From Harriotta raleighana (taxonomy: Eukaryota): a DNA stretch of 64,000 nucleotides. Below are positions 39,234-53,350 of the stretch, piece by piece (within the stretch, counting starts at the first letter, position 1; each line of letters starts with the position of its first letter). The position numbers were made by a program, and so were the translations under genes. The DNA is taken from NCBI GenBank assembly GCA_050575255.1, contig JBNZDD010013726.1, forward strand, positions 8,198,959 through 8,262,958, read 5' to 3'. The notes under the pieces were generated by a model. The model was not told the origin of the DNA, searched no databases, and saw only the letters and a list, made by a program, of their open reading frames with translations.

Positions 39234-41669
39234 AATGGGATTGGGTCTTTGACTTTTTAATCGTATCCACTGTTTAACTTTCATGCCATTCATGCCCCAA
39301 GAAAAAATGCAACATGTACAACAAAAGAAAGTAAAATAAAGAAAGGAAAAATGTCTTTTGCCAGTCTTCAGGAAAGCAAGTTGTACAACTTTAATGTTGA
39401 TTAAATCTGGAATCCGGAAGTCACAGAGGGTTGTGACTTTTTGTATACAAATGTCAAATTCTGAACTCCCATGTGTTATGATACAGGACATGAAGTAGTT
39501 GAATTGTCGTTATTCCTGACTGCAGGAATTTTTTTTTTTAAGTGTGTTCATGGCTGATTGTTGAGCAAGAATCTGTTATTCAATGCAATTGCTAAGCAAG
39601 ACTTTTTTGTTTGGTGTGCAGCTTTCAGTCACTTGTGGAAAGAGGGGAAACAGCTGCTTTTGGTTTAAAAATTAAACCTGTTCTTTGATACTGTATAACA
39701 AATAAAGTATTTCCATGAAAACCTTTCCTTGCTGGTCAATGTACACCCAAAGGGGTTAAAGGACTACGTGCTCTGGAGGTTTGGGCCAGTTTATCCTAAT
39801 ACGAAATGATATATAAAATATGCAGCTGAATCTTGATGAATGCAAAATCAGTTAGCCAAAAAATTTATGATTGGATCAGGATTTCTGCAAACTGGATAAA
39901 AATACCCAATTTGATAATTATTATAGCATGGCTCATTTAAGCATTTAATCCGCAGTTTCATCTAAACAAAACCAGGAGAAGCACAATTGTGATTGTGCCT
40001 TGGCTGTGGATTGAGTGAATGTCGTGCATGGAAAATTGTAACTCAGTAATTGTGGATCATTTATGCCAGGATAATCCACAATTACCAATTATTTACGATC
40101 TTTTATTGAAATGTTTTCCTTGGACCAAAAATTCGATGCAATGGCAGACAGGGGATATGGTTGGGTGTATTGAATTCTTGCATGAGACGCATGTGGTTCA
40201 CTTGGGTATATCTTGTCAATCAAAACTACCAAACTAGTTCTCCTGAGAGTTTTAAAATAACACTTTAAAAATGACTTGTTAGAAAACTTTCCAGTATGGC
40301 CTTTCCTTTCTGTCTGACAGTAGCAGTGATTCCAAAGAAGCTATACAACACAAGCTTATATTACTACCATCCATCTAAGATGTGAATGTTTTGCCTACAT
40401 TTACAACTTTCCATTTGCAATTTATAGCAACTAAATCACTTAAAATGTAGTATTGATGGCAGTTAAATGATGGTCTGGCAGAAAATCACTGAGTCTTGGG
40501 CTATTAATGAGTACCAGTTTTATTGTGATGTGCCACAAGACTTATTTTACTGTTCTCAGCAGAGGTAGAGAGTCATTGCTTAACAGAGCTGTATAAACAC
40601 AGAAGTGGATATATTGGGCAGAGTGTACCTTTTCTGTGCTGTTGGGTTCTATGTAAAATGAAGCATAGACAGTGATATTTTTAACAATCAATATAATATT
40701 GTTTTAATACAGAGGAATTGTGCAGGTAAACACGGGTTTGGCGGAATAACTAGCTTCAAAAAGGTTTGTCATATGGAAACATTTCTGCAGTAACAGATGT
40801 TTATCCACCACAGCCTTTTCCTGTGTGTTACTTGCGGTCTGTGTTACACATAACCCATAAGGACCAATGTTCTCCAAGCAAATTTGTTTTAGAATCATTT
40901 ATTAAGTAAGACTGCCATTGTAAGTAGTATTGTAGCACATTAACCTTGAATCATGTTGTGCTGATCTGTTCCATTGTGGCTAGGCATCAGATGATATGCA
41001 ATAAGGTCTACCCCACAGAAATGGGAAACAAAATCCCGGAACTGCTTACCTTTTTTAACTCCCAGATACAAGGCTCCCAAACAGCAAATGTTACTGACAT
41101 AGGAAACATAGGACATTCAGTCCCTCAAGCCTGTTCCGCCATTCTATTAGATTCTGGATAGTCTAATGACATGTTGCCTGTCCCAATTGTAGCTACAGAA
41201 CAATATGTGACCAAGAGAATTGAAAGCACAGAAAAAATCTTCAAAAAAGGTTAAACAAACTGCACAAAGATAGCTTCTCTAATATTACCTGACACAGAAC
41301 TAAAATAAGTACATTATACTAATAAAATTTATTGTCTTCTTACATTAAGAAATGCATTGACTTCTTTATTTGGCTGTTAATCCCAAATTTTTCTAACTGT
41401 GGCTTGTTTTTTGTAAACATCCTGTACTTCTCTGGGCTTTGGCTACCTCCCATGTACTTGACTATTTGTTTAATAGCTGTGGCTTTCATAATTTATCACC
41501 ATTGTATAATTTCTTACATGGGGTATTTTTACCCTTCATTTGTGAAAAGCTTTACTAAGCTAATTTAGATTCAAGAAGCCGCAAATATAACCTGACTGCT
41601 ATTGAAACTTCATTGCAGATAAAAAAATATATTGAAGTCAGAAGAGTTCAGCATTTAAACAAGGCAGAT

Positions 41670-41815
41670 ATTGTGGGGCACTGCTGTGTGCAATTGGCTG
41701 CCACGTTTCGCCCACAAATATACAGTCAATTCACTTTATAGTATATCCTATGAAGCGCTTTGAGATGTCTAGAAGACATGAAAAGCACTCTAACAAATGC
41801 AAGGATAATTATTAT
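41670..41815 (+). mobile_element. SINE 3' half
   Basis: gtggggcactgctgtgtgcaattggctgccacgtttcgcccac...aaatgcaaggataattatt. Confidence 0.9.
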
Positions 41816-42454
41816 AGATATTCGCACTCAAGCAGTTTGGATGATTTGGTGAAGTTCATTTCGCTTCAACGTGACTCAATTTATTATGAAATCAGCTGTA
41901 GTTAAATCTAAATGAAAGCACGCTGATACATATTGTTGAAAACCCTCTTGCGAGCACTCCCTCACACAAATGGGGTTCAATCAGTTTTGCAGAATATCAC
42001 ACAGAAATGATAGAAAGACATTGTCCCATGAGCTCCCAATTTCAAAGCTACAGTTTTTAAGGTGGAATGTCTGGCGTCTGTCTGGGGCAGAGGATGTTTG
42101 TTTAATTCCACTTTCCTCATTGAATGACAATAATAAAATAAATACATTAATGTGAAATTTAATGGCTTATAATGGTCAAATTGCTATTTATTTAGCAGTA
42201 AAAACTGTATCTTCACGCAACAAACAGAGCAACACTGCTACAAGGCATAAAACCTTGTCATTCATGTAGCTTTGCATCAAAGTCAAATATGTTTCCAGAG
42301 CAACAACAGCACTTCACAACATAGCAGCTCTGTTAAAAAACGCTAGTTTCTGAGTAGAGAATCCATATTAGGTAAAATAACTTAAAAATCAGTAAATTTC
42401 CAACAATTAGCTATAATGAAGATCCAGAAATCTATTAAACCACCTAAAAATGTT

Positions 42455-42660
42455 AACAACAACAACAAAATTATATATATAGAGCGCCTTTCATGTCGGA
42501 AGGACATCAATGTGAATGATTCCGAAAACAAATATACGTTTCGCCCACAAACACAATATACAGCCAATTCATTTTGCAATATATTCTGTGAAGCGCTTTG
42601 AAACATCCAGAAGACGTGAAAAGGGCTACATCAAATGCAAGGATTATTATTATTATTATA
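42455..42660. mobile_element. L2 tail (-, about 42455-42505) head-to-head with SINE 3' part (+, about 42535-42660)
   Basis: aacaacaacaacaaaattatatatatagagcgcctttcatgtcgg; cgtttcgcccacaaa...aaatgcaaggattattattattat. Confidence 0.85.
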
Positions 42661-44487
42661 AAACTATACTTTTAGGGACGACCTATATGAATTGGAAATT
42701 TTTAAATCTTTATTTTTCTTGTCTGCTGGCAAAATACAGGGGACATAAGAAGATGCATTATGGGTTTGAGGAAGAGTCTATTAAAGAGTATGCATGTGCA
42801 TTGTAACTGGCATATTGCATTTGAGATATGTTTGGTTTCCTCTGTGGATTGCATTCATTCCTCTCAACATGTGCATGAGGGGTAGTAATAGCTTACTTAC
42901 AGATCAGATGGTTTGGCCTCTAATGTTTGCAAAAGCCAATGTAACTATCCGCATCCACTAGTGGTTATGTAACCATGCCAGAAAGCAGTGGAAAAAGCAC
43001 AAGGCAAGCTTCTGCAGTTTCAAAACTGTTGCAGTAAATCAATTTGGTTTCTGAGAACAAAATGATTGTGTTCAGTCTTGGGAAACCAGCGAGACCCTCT
43101 GGGAAAGTAAAAAGATATCTGGCCCCATAAATAAACAAATCAATGATATCTCTTCATCTCTAAATGAAAATCACCCCCCACCCCCACCACACTCACACAC
43201 ACTGTACATACAGCATTTTAAAGCAGGGAATAAAATGGGAGTTTAGCATAAAATGCAATGCAGAACTTCACTTACGTAGGTCTAGAGAAGATTCCCTGAC
43301 CCAAATGAATACATTTGTAGCAGTGTCAGCTGTTAAATCACTGAGACAATTTCCTTCCTTGAAAATCAGACCCAGTATTGAGGGATTTGTTGTGCAATGG
43401 GAGACGAAAAGACGAAATGCAACAGATCACTCACTTACACTGATAATTACATTTCCATGACCGTGTTGAATCCCAAATGCAAGATTATACAATTACAATC
43501 GTTGGCAATCTTTTGCAACTGATGATCTCCCATTCAGCTCCATCCTCCCCACCCCCATCCCCCACCACTCAAAGGAAATGCTCTATACAACAGCTCAGAA
43601 GGTGAGGACCAGCTTGTTTGACTGTTGGAAGAAAGAGGTACAAGGCACCTTCATTCTCTCCTCCACATAGTGGCTTAGATGACCTGATGGAATTTCTGAT
43701 AGAACCAAGAACTTCCATTAACTCGGCCTGAAAAACATTTAACATTTTGTGGAAATTTAGGCATTGCAATGGTAATTGAATTTCTGCCATCGCAGTGGAT
43801 AAGTGGAATAGAACCGTTCACGCGTGAACAGATTTATTGTGGAGGGGAAGAGTTCAAACCAACCAGTGTGTCGACAATCTAATATACTGTATTACCAATA
43901 CATGTGCAGCAAGGGTGGATTTCAGGGAAATTACGATAGCCTGCAATGTGAATGCCACCTGACTAACATATTCAAGCACTAATAGACCATGCACAGTTTT
44001 GCCTGAAAGTATCAATGCTGAAACCTTTTTTTTAAACTTANCAAATTACAATAGCCTGCAATGTGAATACCACCTGACTAACATATTCAAGCACTAATAG
44101 ACCACGCACAGTTTTGCCTGAAAGTATCAATGCTGAAACCTTTTTTTTTTAAACTTACCTTTTTTTTAATCCGATCTATTTTGTTGACTTGTCCTCTGTT
44201 GTCAGAGCTCCAAGCAACCAGTCATTTTTTAAAGGTACTGTCTGCGGTAACGTGCAGATTTATCCTCTCAAAATTGTACGTGATTTATTCAATTGTATTT
44301 AACAAGAAAGGAGTCCATTGCTAGAAAATGGTAGGGTAAGGAACCTAGTTTAAAATACAAAAAAAAACTATTAGGTCATATTTCTGATAAAACAGCTTTT
44401 TAAAATAATTTATAGGATTCTTTCAAAATCTTTCATTCGCTTCGCATTTGAAGCACTCTGAGATGCTGCCCGGTGTGGAGGGCGCTA

Positions 44488-45563
44488 CAATTAACCCTCG
44501 TCGATTGTTGGAGTGACGTTCCTGGAAAACTGCACACTCAACTAAATCGCACTGGAGAAGCTTAAGAAGTAATGGGAAAAGGAGGGTTAGGGGAATCCAG
44601 TCGCAGGCTGCCCACCTCAAGCCTCCAGCACATCCGATGCAAGGTACCTACTGAGGCGGGCTACAGCTGGCTGGCCCACTCCTCGCTCCGCCCGCCTCTC
44701 CCCGCTCTTATTGCTCCCCCACCCCCCCACTCTTCCTTTTCTCGTCTCTCCTACCAGCCGGGAAGTGGGCAAATCAGGGCAGCCTGGGAGAGAGGCAGAG
44801 AGAAATTGGTGAGAGCGGTGAGCAGGAGAGGATGGGGAGAGGGAACAGAGAACCGCTCGGAGGAGAAGGGGACTCGCTGAGATGCGGGGCAGCAAGATGA
44901 TTGGAGNTGAGAGCGGTGAGCAGGCAGGGGGGGGGAGAGGGAACAGAGAACCGTTCGGAGGAGAAGGGGACTCGCTGAGATGCGGGGCAGCAAGATGATT
45001 GGAGGCAGGGTGGGAGGGGGACTCGCTGAGGTGCGAGCTGCTCGGAGAGTGCTGGGGACGGGAGGCACAGAAAGGTTACAGCGGCTTTGTTATCGCTTTA
45101 TTGCTATAATAAAGTGATAACAAAGCAGTAAAGCAATAAAAAAAAAGCAATAAAACAACAGTGTAGATTAGCCTACATTACTGTACGATTCCTGTCTCTC
45201 TGTCTCTTCTGTTTACCATGCAATGCAATAAAATACTCCGAGGCCGAAGCATTATTCTATTTACCCAGAATGCATTACCCACGGGGCTTCGGATTAAGTC
45301 AGGATCTGCCGGCCTTGTCAAAAATGCCTGTGGGACCACCAGCTGAGGAATCATTGGATTTAGTTGGGATCTATCGGCGTCCTCACCCATGCACATGCAT
45401 GCGGGGACCAGTCAGCACGTACACACAGGTTTTCCGTGCGCTGCACAAAAAAGTGATGCTTTTGTTTCGTCGCATATGNGCTGCACAAAAAAGTGATGCT
45501 TTTGTTTCATCGCATATGCATGAAGTCGCAATCGATAAAGTCGCCTTCGACGAGGGTTAACTG
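44488..45563. mobile_element. Non-autonomous Tc1/mariner-superfamily (pogo/Tigger-type) DNA transposon
   Basis: TIRs caattaaccctcgtcga (44488-44504) and tcgacgagggttaactg (45547-45563), 16/17 match. TA target duplication at 44486-44487 and 45564-45565. No transposase ORF; GC- and CpG-rich interior. Confidence 0.88.
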
Positions 45564-45824
45564 TATATAAATTTAAGTGGTTGTTGTTGTTATCTGTGTG
45601 CTCTTATTGTATTCATTTTATACGGCTTTATTTATGCTGCTTCGGATTCTGCCATTTCACATAACTCACATGCCACATGCAAAGTTAGCGACAGGTACCA
45701 CAGCATTTCACACTTAAGGCTTTGTCCAACTACACAGACACAGCTCCTCGGTCTTTGTGAGGGTTCCTCAATTTTCTCTGGGTTTCCTTTGGTAAAACAT
45801 TGCAGTTGAAATTGCTGATTGATT

Positions 45825-46008
45825 TTCAGTCACTTTGCCTCGAAACTGTGAAACTCTCCACCTCATTCCATCGCCTTGCCCCCTTTTTGCCTGAAGACCC
45901 ACCACTTCAACGGTGCCTATGTTCCCCTCCCCATGCTCCCTAGCTCGGTGTCAAGCTTTGCCACTGTTAAGCACTCCGAGTTGATGCCCTGTAAACTGTT
46001 GTTGTTGA
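45825..46008 (+). mobile_element. Degraded L2 3' end
   Basis: tttcagtcactttgcc..aaactgtgaaactctc...gaagacccaccacttcaac...aagcactccgag...ttgttgttg. Confidence 0.7.
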
Positions 46009-47600
46009 TTCAAAACTTGCTCTAAATTCCCGAACAAAGAACACTTCCTTTTCAAATGTTATTTTCTCCTTGTATCATCCAGCACCGAAAGTTAACAGGC
46101 TGACCTACTGCCTGGGCTCCATCAAAGCCACCTTCCATCTGAACGCTTAAGTGCAGGAGAGCAGTTTGAAATATTCAGCTGAAAGCCCTGTGCAGGCCCG
46201 TGAATCCATAAACTTCTGGCTGAATGGGAAATTCAATCACAGGTTATCCCCATCTAATATCCCCATCAGGTTTAACTAAAGTAATAATAACAATAATAAC
46301 ATTTGATATAGCACATTTCATCTTGGAAGGATGTGTCAAAGAACCTCATGAAATTTACTGTAAAGTAAATTGTATTTTGAAGGCAACTGAGGATAGGCTA
46401 AACAGTGTACAATGTGGACTCGGGGAGGGAGAAGTCTCTTAAAATGATTCCCGACTAATTTTCAAAAATATTTTTTGTTGATCTCTCACCCTACATTTAC
46501 TATCTGTTCAATTGCAAGTTATTTAACCAATATTGAAGCAGGAAACGTTTCTATTACCAGGATGCACTTTGATAGTGATTGACATGATCACAGTAGCATT
46601 TTCTTACCACGGTTTTGAAGGTGAGTTTCTGAATAACTCTAGAGCTGGAGCTGTACGATGACATGTTGAATTAATCGTAAACACAAACGAAAGCCCTTCT
46701 CACTCAATGTCTGATGCAGCATAAAGGCCTCTGTGTATTATACAGCCAGGCCTAGGAAGATCTCCAACATCAAATCATGAAAGAACAAAACTGTTCTCTG
46801 TCAAATGAATAGAAAATGCCTCTAACCTTCACAGTGCTTTGCAAACCAAATGAATGAAGTTGTAAACTCGAATCAGTAATTCATGACATCATAATAAAAA
46901 GCAAAATCAACAGTCAGTTCATCAGTTGCCATCTTAATTGAACAGTACATTCATATCAACCCAGGACCTTTGGCCTACATCTCGGGGCATGACTGAGTGA
47001 ACATTTCCTGAGAGCTTACAATTTACTGTACTCTCAGCATTCTCAGTCCCGTTCAGCAAGGGCAATGCCACGTGCTGTACTTCACAGGTGACGCTTTGAC
47101 TTCACTGTCACAATAGGAGAGAACACAGTGATGGGGAATAACAAATGCTGCTTTGCTTGCACAGCTCAAAATCCCACAGCATTTCCTTAGCATCAAAAAA
47201 TCCCAATGATTTACCTGGTTAGCTGGTGGCAACATGCTTCGAGTCATTTTGACAATGATAAGGTACTATTTATTATTGATATTTTAATAATAAGCCTTGC
47301 ATTTGATATAGTGTCTTTGAGACATCTCAAAGGATATGTCTCCTTCGCAGGATATGCTTGTCAGGAGGATGTGCTCAGCAACTTTGAAATCAGAGGAGTG
47401 CATCTGTCAGAGAGCTTACTGTCCATTTGTTTTTAGTGAATTAAACACTGTTGTGGATCATCAATAATATAACAAGTTAACACAACTGTTTTGGTTTCAT
47501 ATGTTGAATCATTTCAATAAAATACGATGTTCCAAGAGTAAAATAATTCAATTGTATGAAAGCTTGTGGGTTGAAAGACCAATGAAAGCATTTCTATTTC

Positions 47601-47755
47601 AGCTCACAATCAAGGTTGACGCTCAAACTCAGTGCTGGAGGAGCATTTCATTGTCTGGGATGTTAAGCCATAGTACTGTCTGCCTGTTCAAGTGGATGTT
47701 AAAGATAACATTGTACGACGCAAAACATGTAGGGAATTTCTCCAAGTCCCTTGGA
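47601..47755 (+). mobile_element. Old DeuSINE central-domain remnant (AmnSINE1/SacSINE1-like)
   Basis: aatcaaggttgac...cagtgctggaggag...gatgttaagcca.ag...ctgtctgcctgttcaagtggatgttaaagat matches the recalled Deu-domain consensus. Confidence 0.6.
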
Positions 47756-48614
47756 ACGAAATCCTCCGAACCACTTCAGGGCAATTTGTGGACTTGCGTG
47801 AATGTACATTTACAATCACAAATATCAAAATGTTAATAAATAATAATCCTTGCATTTAAATATAGCGCTTTCCACATCTTCTAGAAGGCTCAAAGAGCTT
47901 CACAGACTCCAGAGCGCCCACTTTCCAAAGTCATGTCAGCAGAGTTCCTGCGTATGGCGTGATTGCGCAGCACATAGGAAATAATATAGAAACACTGACA
48001 ATCCCAAATTATATTTTAAAATGAATGTTTCATGCAATTTTGTGGTTTGCCTGATGACAAGAAATGTTTCTATAAAAAAAACGTGCGAAGCCAGCTGACC
48101 GGTATCGAGACCAAGATTTGCAGCACACTTTTGGGAATCATGGAACAGCAAACAGACTCATGCAATAGTCTGGTACTCTAAGAATTGCTCCTGGTGGCTC
48201 AGAAACTGAGCAAACCTGAGTACTGAGGAGGTATGCTTGTATACCAAATGAAATTAGTAAGATTATCAAATTGATAAAGATAGACGAGGCTTCTCTGGAA
48301 AAGTTTGAGCAGCTCCTATAACAAAGTACCTTACAGATTTCACAATTTATATTTCGGATGAATACTTGCAAGGCAATAAAATTCAAAAGAAATGCATCGT
48401 GAGCACCAATGATAAAATTGCTTGCCTTCTTCCCTCAGTTTGAACTGCTCGGTCTAAAAATCTTTAGGTGAAAAGCAAAAGCTTTGTAAAACTTTATAAA
48501 AGCATTGATCAGTTACTGAACTCCCTGCATTCTCTTTTCTTTCCAGAGTCCGCTCTTCATGAATCAGCTAAATGATATATCCTACTGTATTTCCATTTGT
48601 TGAAGCTTCCTTTT

Positions 48615-48925
48615 ATAATGATAATCATCCTTGCATTTGATACAGCGCTTTTCATGACTTCCAGACGTCTCAAAGTGCTTTGCAGAATATACTGAAAGTG
48701 AATTCACTGTATATTTGTGGGCAAAACAAGGCAGCCAATTGCGCATAGCAGGGTTCCACAAACAGTTGTGGATTGAAAAGAGCAATTTATTATAGGGCTT
48801 TTTTGATGGATTATCATTAGGCGTGTGGAGTAAGGAAACTTGTCCAAGGTTTTGCCCTGCCTGGATTCAAACACAAGTCTCATGCTTGTAAGGCGAGTGC
48901 TCTAACCACTGAGCAACCGGACTCC
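48615..48925 (-). mobile_element. Full-length SINE
   Basis: Reverse complement of 9167-9480, from the tail (atccttgcatttgatacagcgc) to the head (ctaaccactgagcaaccggactcc). Confidence 0.92.
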
Positions 48926-51900
48926 ACAAGTCTTTTGACTTCAGTAGTATTTCACACCACCACTCTGTGCAATCAAACAGAAATCCAAGCATGATAATAG
49001 ATTTGATGCAGCACTTTCATGTTGGTAGAATGTCTCAAAATGCTTCACAGGATATACAATAAAGCACAGCTACTGTACATTTAGTAGGTGAAGGCTCGCA
49101 AAGATATAATATCTTGCACATACATTAGTTCCCCTCTGAAAAATATATTAATTAGAGTACTATGATTCAAATGACTATACAACCATCGCAACACCAGAAA
49201 TGTAGGATGTAATGAAATTGAAAAGTTGGATTGTTTTTCGCTATCTGCAATAATTATTTGAAATAACATTTTCAATAATTATTGCTTCTGAAAAGCAAAT
49301 GGTGGATAAGACAATATTTTGTTCCTTTTCGTGACAATCAGTCATGTGTTTTTCTAGCTTACACGGTACAGTATTCATATTTTGAATTATAAAACAATTT
49401 AAAAATGGTGACTTTTGGAAAGCCCTTGAGAGCTTTTTTTTTACAGTTTCAAACCTCAATGTTTTCCAGCTGTCCAGTGTGTGCTGTACACATTCCACCC
49501 AACTCTCCTCTGTTGATAAGTGGTGGGAAAGGGCAGCTCAGAAACAATGACTTTCCAAGGTTCGCTCCAGCGATGCGCACACTAGCACTATTCTCCCTAT
49601 TCTCATCAGAGCTCTATTAAATGCATCTCATTAAATGAAGTTGGAGATTGAGAACAGAGCTACATGGAAGATTTTTTTCCAGCTCAAACACTGTATGTAC
49701 TGTTGTCAGCAACGGAGGGCACATGACATAGAATTGGTGCATAGGGGTCTGATCTTGCTGTTCTTTCTGTTGACTTTTCTTCGATTGCATTATAAAAAAA
49801 AATTTTACTTTGTGAAGAAATATTAACTGTGTCATTGTAAATGTTAAATGCCTGACCTTCAGATTGCAGTGTTTCAGTAGCAAAATAATGAAGGAATCCT
49901 GCTACATCTGATCTAAAGATGAATTATGTTAAATTTTAAGAAAACGATTTTGATATAGTGCGTTTCACAGGATGGCAGCTCAAAATGGATCACAGAGTTT
50001 GCTGTAGATTGTAGCCTCCGTGCATTTCGTAGGCTAAATACATTTCTAACTTAAAGATACAATCACACGGAATTGTAGGACATTTTTTATTTGGTTTTAA
50101 TTTGAAAGTGGGCTTCTACACAGTTCTTGAAAAAAAATCAGCTTTCAAGTTGAGACTGGATTTAAGATCATTAAAGGCAAAAGGGCCTTGAAGGCCAAAA
50201 CTAGCTGAATTTTTTAAGCCATTATCTGTGTGTCAACTTTCATTTAAAATTGGGTTTCCTGAAGGACATCACATGTATCTTCATTTGTGAGATTGTAAGT
50301 TTTATTCTACTTGCTGCTGTCTATCTGATTTTATTGCTCCTGCGCCTCTATGGACTTAAAAAGGTGGGAGAACAGAATTCAAATAAGGTAAAATCACTTT
50401 GCTGTGACTTCCCCAATAATCCAGTGTGTTTCACATTGGGACGATGTCACAAACAGCTTCATGGGATTTTATTTTAAAGTATAGTAACTGTTGTACAGTA
50501 TTTGTTGACAAATACTCACAGCTAATTTACACCTGTGGCAGATTACAAGAGATGTTTGAATGCGCAAAGAGCTGTCTTTGTAGGCAAAAGTCTAACAAGG
50601 AGGATTGGAAAGCTTAGAAAGGCGCCTTGGCCAATAAACAGGATCCTATCCAACTCAAAACCTGCATTCAACACTCCACCAAAGTTTTGCGCAATAAAAT
50701 AGGAAGAATGAACTGTATTCAAAATACATCTGATTAACCAGAAAAATCATCGGCATGATTTTACTTCACCGCATTGAGGAAATGTGTCTAGACAGTTCAG
50801 CCCCAACCGTCAAAAAGATTCAATAAATCAGCTTACACATAACCTATAACAAGCATCTTTTTCTTTGCAATAATACAATTATGAATACTATGCAAAAATG
50901 TATTCCAGTATCATTGGGAATTGAAAAACTTTCTCAAGTTACACAATGTTAAGAACTCATTTGTGTCAAACTATCATGGAAAGTGGTCTACCCTTAATTA
51001 CTGTAGAGGCCTCAAGCCAAGATGAGTACAATCAGCAGAAATGTTAAACCATGACTGGTGAAATGTATAAATATGATTTTTAAATGAAGATAATGACTCT
51101 GCAGAAGCCTCTAATTTATTTTTTTGAACAAAATCTCAAATGAATTGGTCCTTGGGGCTTTATGAATCGGGTTCGATTTGCTGTCATTCTGAAGCTGTTG
51201 AAATCTGATCCTGATCCATGTTATTTTGAAACTGGCAATGTCATGTATGTTAAGAGTGTTCCAGGTTTAACCCCTCTCGCCTATACTCCTGAGAAAAGCT
51301 TATGTAATGCAGCCACACTCTGGAGCTTATAAACTATTTGGCTACATGGGCGGTACATCCTGAGGACATGTTTTACATATTGTATAAGAAACTGGCTGGA
51401 ACAACTGTAACGAGTGGGATGGTGTTTGGGAGGAGGTTAAGTACAAGGTTTGGGTTTTGCTGCCCCACCACTAAACAGCTGCAAATAGTTGAGACAGCAT
51501 GACAAATTAATGCATGCTGTGTTCACATTGTGTTCAAAGCAGGGAGTGTTGAAAAAGGCATAACATCTTTATGGGGGAAAATAAGGAATGGCAATACACT
51601 CTGCTCCAACAGAAATAAAAATGATTTTTTTTTAGATGTTAGACATTTTGGATAAACCCATGAATAGTTCACGTACCTAAATCTAGTGAATTGTTAACTT
51701 AATTTGTTGAAAAATTTCCAAACGATCCACCCTCACCATGTTTCTTTTTGTTTCTCCTCCAAGGAACATTGTTCTTTAGATTGCTTGTTTTACTCCTCAA
51801 TCTCCCTGTGACCAATTATCTATCAAGAAAAAAATTTAGGGGCTCAAACCTGAAACAGAAGCCTCCCTACAACCCACACTCACAATTACAGACATGCCAG

Positions 51901-52471
51901 CATTTGGGATAGGCAGACTTCCAAACTGAAACTAAAAGCAGTCAGCTCTGCCAAACTCCAGTTCAACTGATGTAAGAAAGACAATGCCTTATAATCAGAA
52001 TTCCCATGTGGAAAGTAAAGACTAATCCAAGCTGTGTTAGGCAAACTTGCAGAAATGAAATCTGGACAAACTGTCAAGGTAAAGTACTGTGGTCTGTTAT
52101 TGCAGACATTTTATCTCGCATTGTCCCGGGTCACTTGAGTACTTAGTCTAAAACCACTATTCATTATGAGGGCGGGTCACCAATTACAAAGAATAAAGAA
52201 ACCACCCTTTTCTACCTTGAAAACACAGCTTGTCTTTGGCCTGCAGGCTTTTTCAGTTGATTGCTCCCTCATGGTAAACTGTTTTTTTTAAGCTCTATCT
52301 GTCCCACTACTGTATGTATTACGACAAACAAACACGTAGGCCAGCAACTTAATTATTTGCTTCTTCACTTATTTCCGGTTACAGTTTGCTCCAAACATCA
52401 GATCTCTGCTGCAAACCATGAAACAAAAGGAAATCATGCTCACCCAGAAAGCAAACGCCTTTGTAATATTT

Positions 52472-52768
52472 AATAATTATCCTTGCGTTTGACGGAGCGC
52501 TTTTCACATCTTCTAGAAATGTCAAAGCTCTTCACAGAATATACTATAAAGTGAATTGACTGCATAGTTTGTGGGTGAAACCCGGCAGCTAATTGCGCAC
52601 AGCGGTGTCCCACAAACAGTCATGGATTGAAATGACCAATTTATTGTTTTTTTTTGAGGGATTATTATCAGGCGGATGGAGTAAGGAAATTTGCCCAAGG
52701 TTTCACCTTGCCTGGAATTTAACCCAAGTCTCTCACTTGCAAGGCGAGTCCTGAAACCACTGACTCCA
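52472..52768 (-). mobile_element. Near full-length SINE
   Basis: Same family, tail to head. Confidence 0.92.
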
Positions 52769-53109
52769 CTTCAACTCTGTATTAGAGGGATAAGCTAGAT
52801 ACTTAACAAGATGCAGTACTTGTAATCATGGAATAATACTTTCTGAAAGGCAAGCTTAAGACAGTCACCAAGCAATACTTTCCAACACAAAGGGTAATCA
52901 AGAAGCCTAATGTGGCTGGTTGAAGCCAGGACAGTGGACTCACTAAAGAACCTGCTCAATGCTGTGATGGACTGATACTGGGGTTTGGAATTTTGGAAAC
53001 ATGAAATCAAATCAAAGAGTCTTCATGGAGGTGATAGATAGTTCATGTAAATGATGAATGTTGCATTTCTGAGCTGTACCATCTAGGCATATCTGCGTGG
53101 TCAACTACA

Positions 53110-53350
53110 ACAGTCCTGGCTCATTAGTTAGAACATTTGCCTCACAAGCAAGAGACCTGGGTTTGATTCAGGCAGGGCAAAACCTTGGGCAAGTTTCCTC
53201 ACTCAATATACCGGATCATAATTCTAACCGGAAACATCATTCTCTCATGAAAAAAAACAATAATGAATTGGTTACTTCAATCCACAGCTGTTTGTGGGAC
53301 ACTGATGTACGCAGTTGGCTGCCGTTCATCAAATGCAAGGATTATTTTTA
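53110..53350 (+). mobile_element. SINE with an internal deletion in the 3' part
   Basis: Head and body are present, but ttggctgccgtt joins directly to catcaaatgcaaggattat. Confidence 0.85.

Noticed and set aside
44572-45068. GC-rich ORFs and an apparent 97-bp tandem repeat, considered as first exon or promoter of the gene
   Set aside because: They lie inside the TIR-bounded element, encode no signal peptide or LRRNT, and the repeat straddles an N (assembly overlap).
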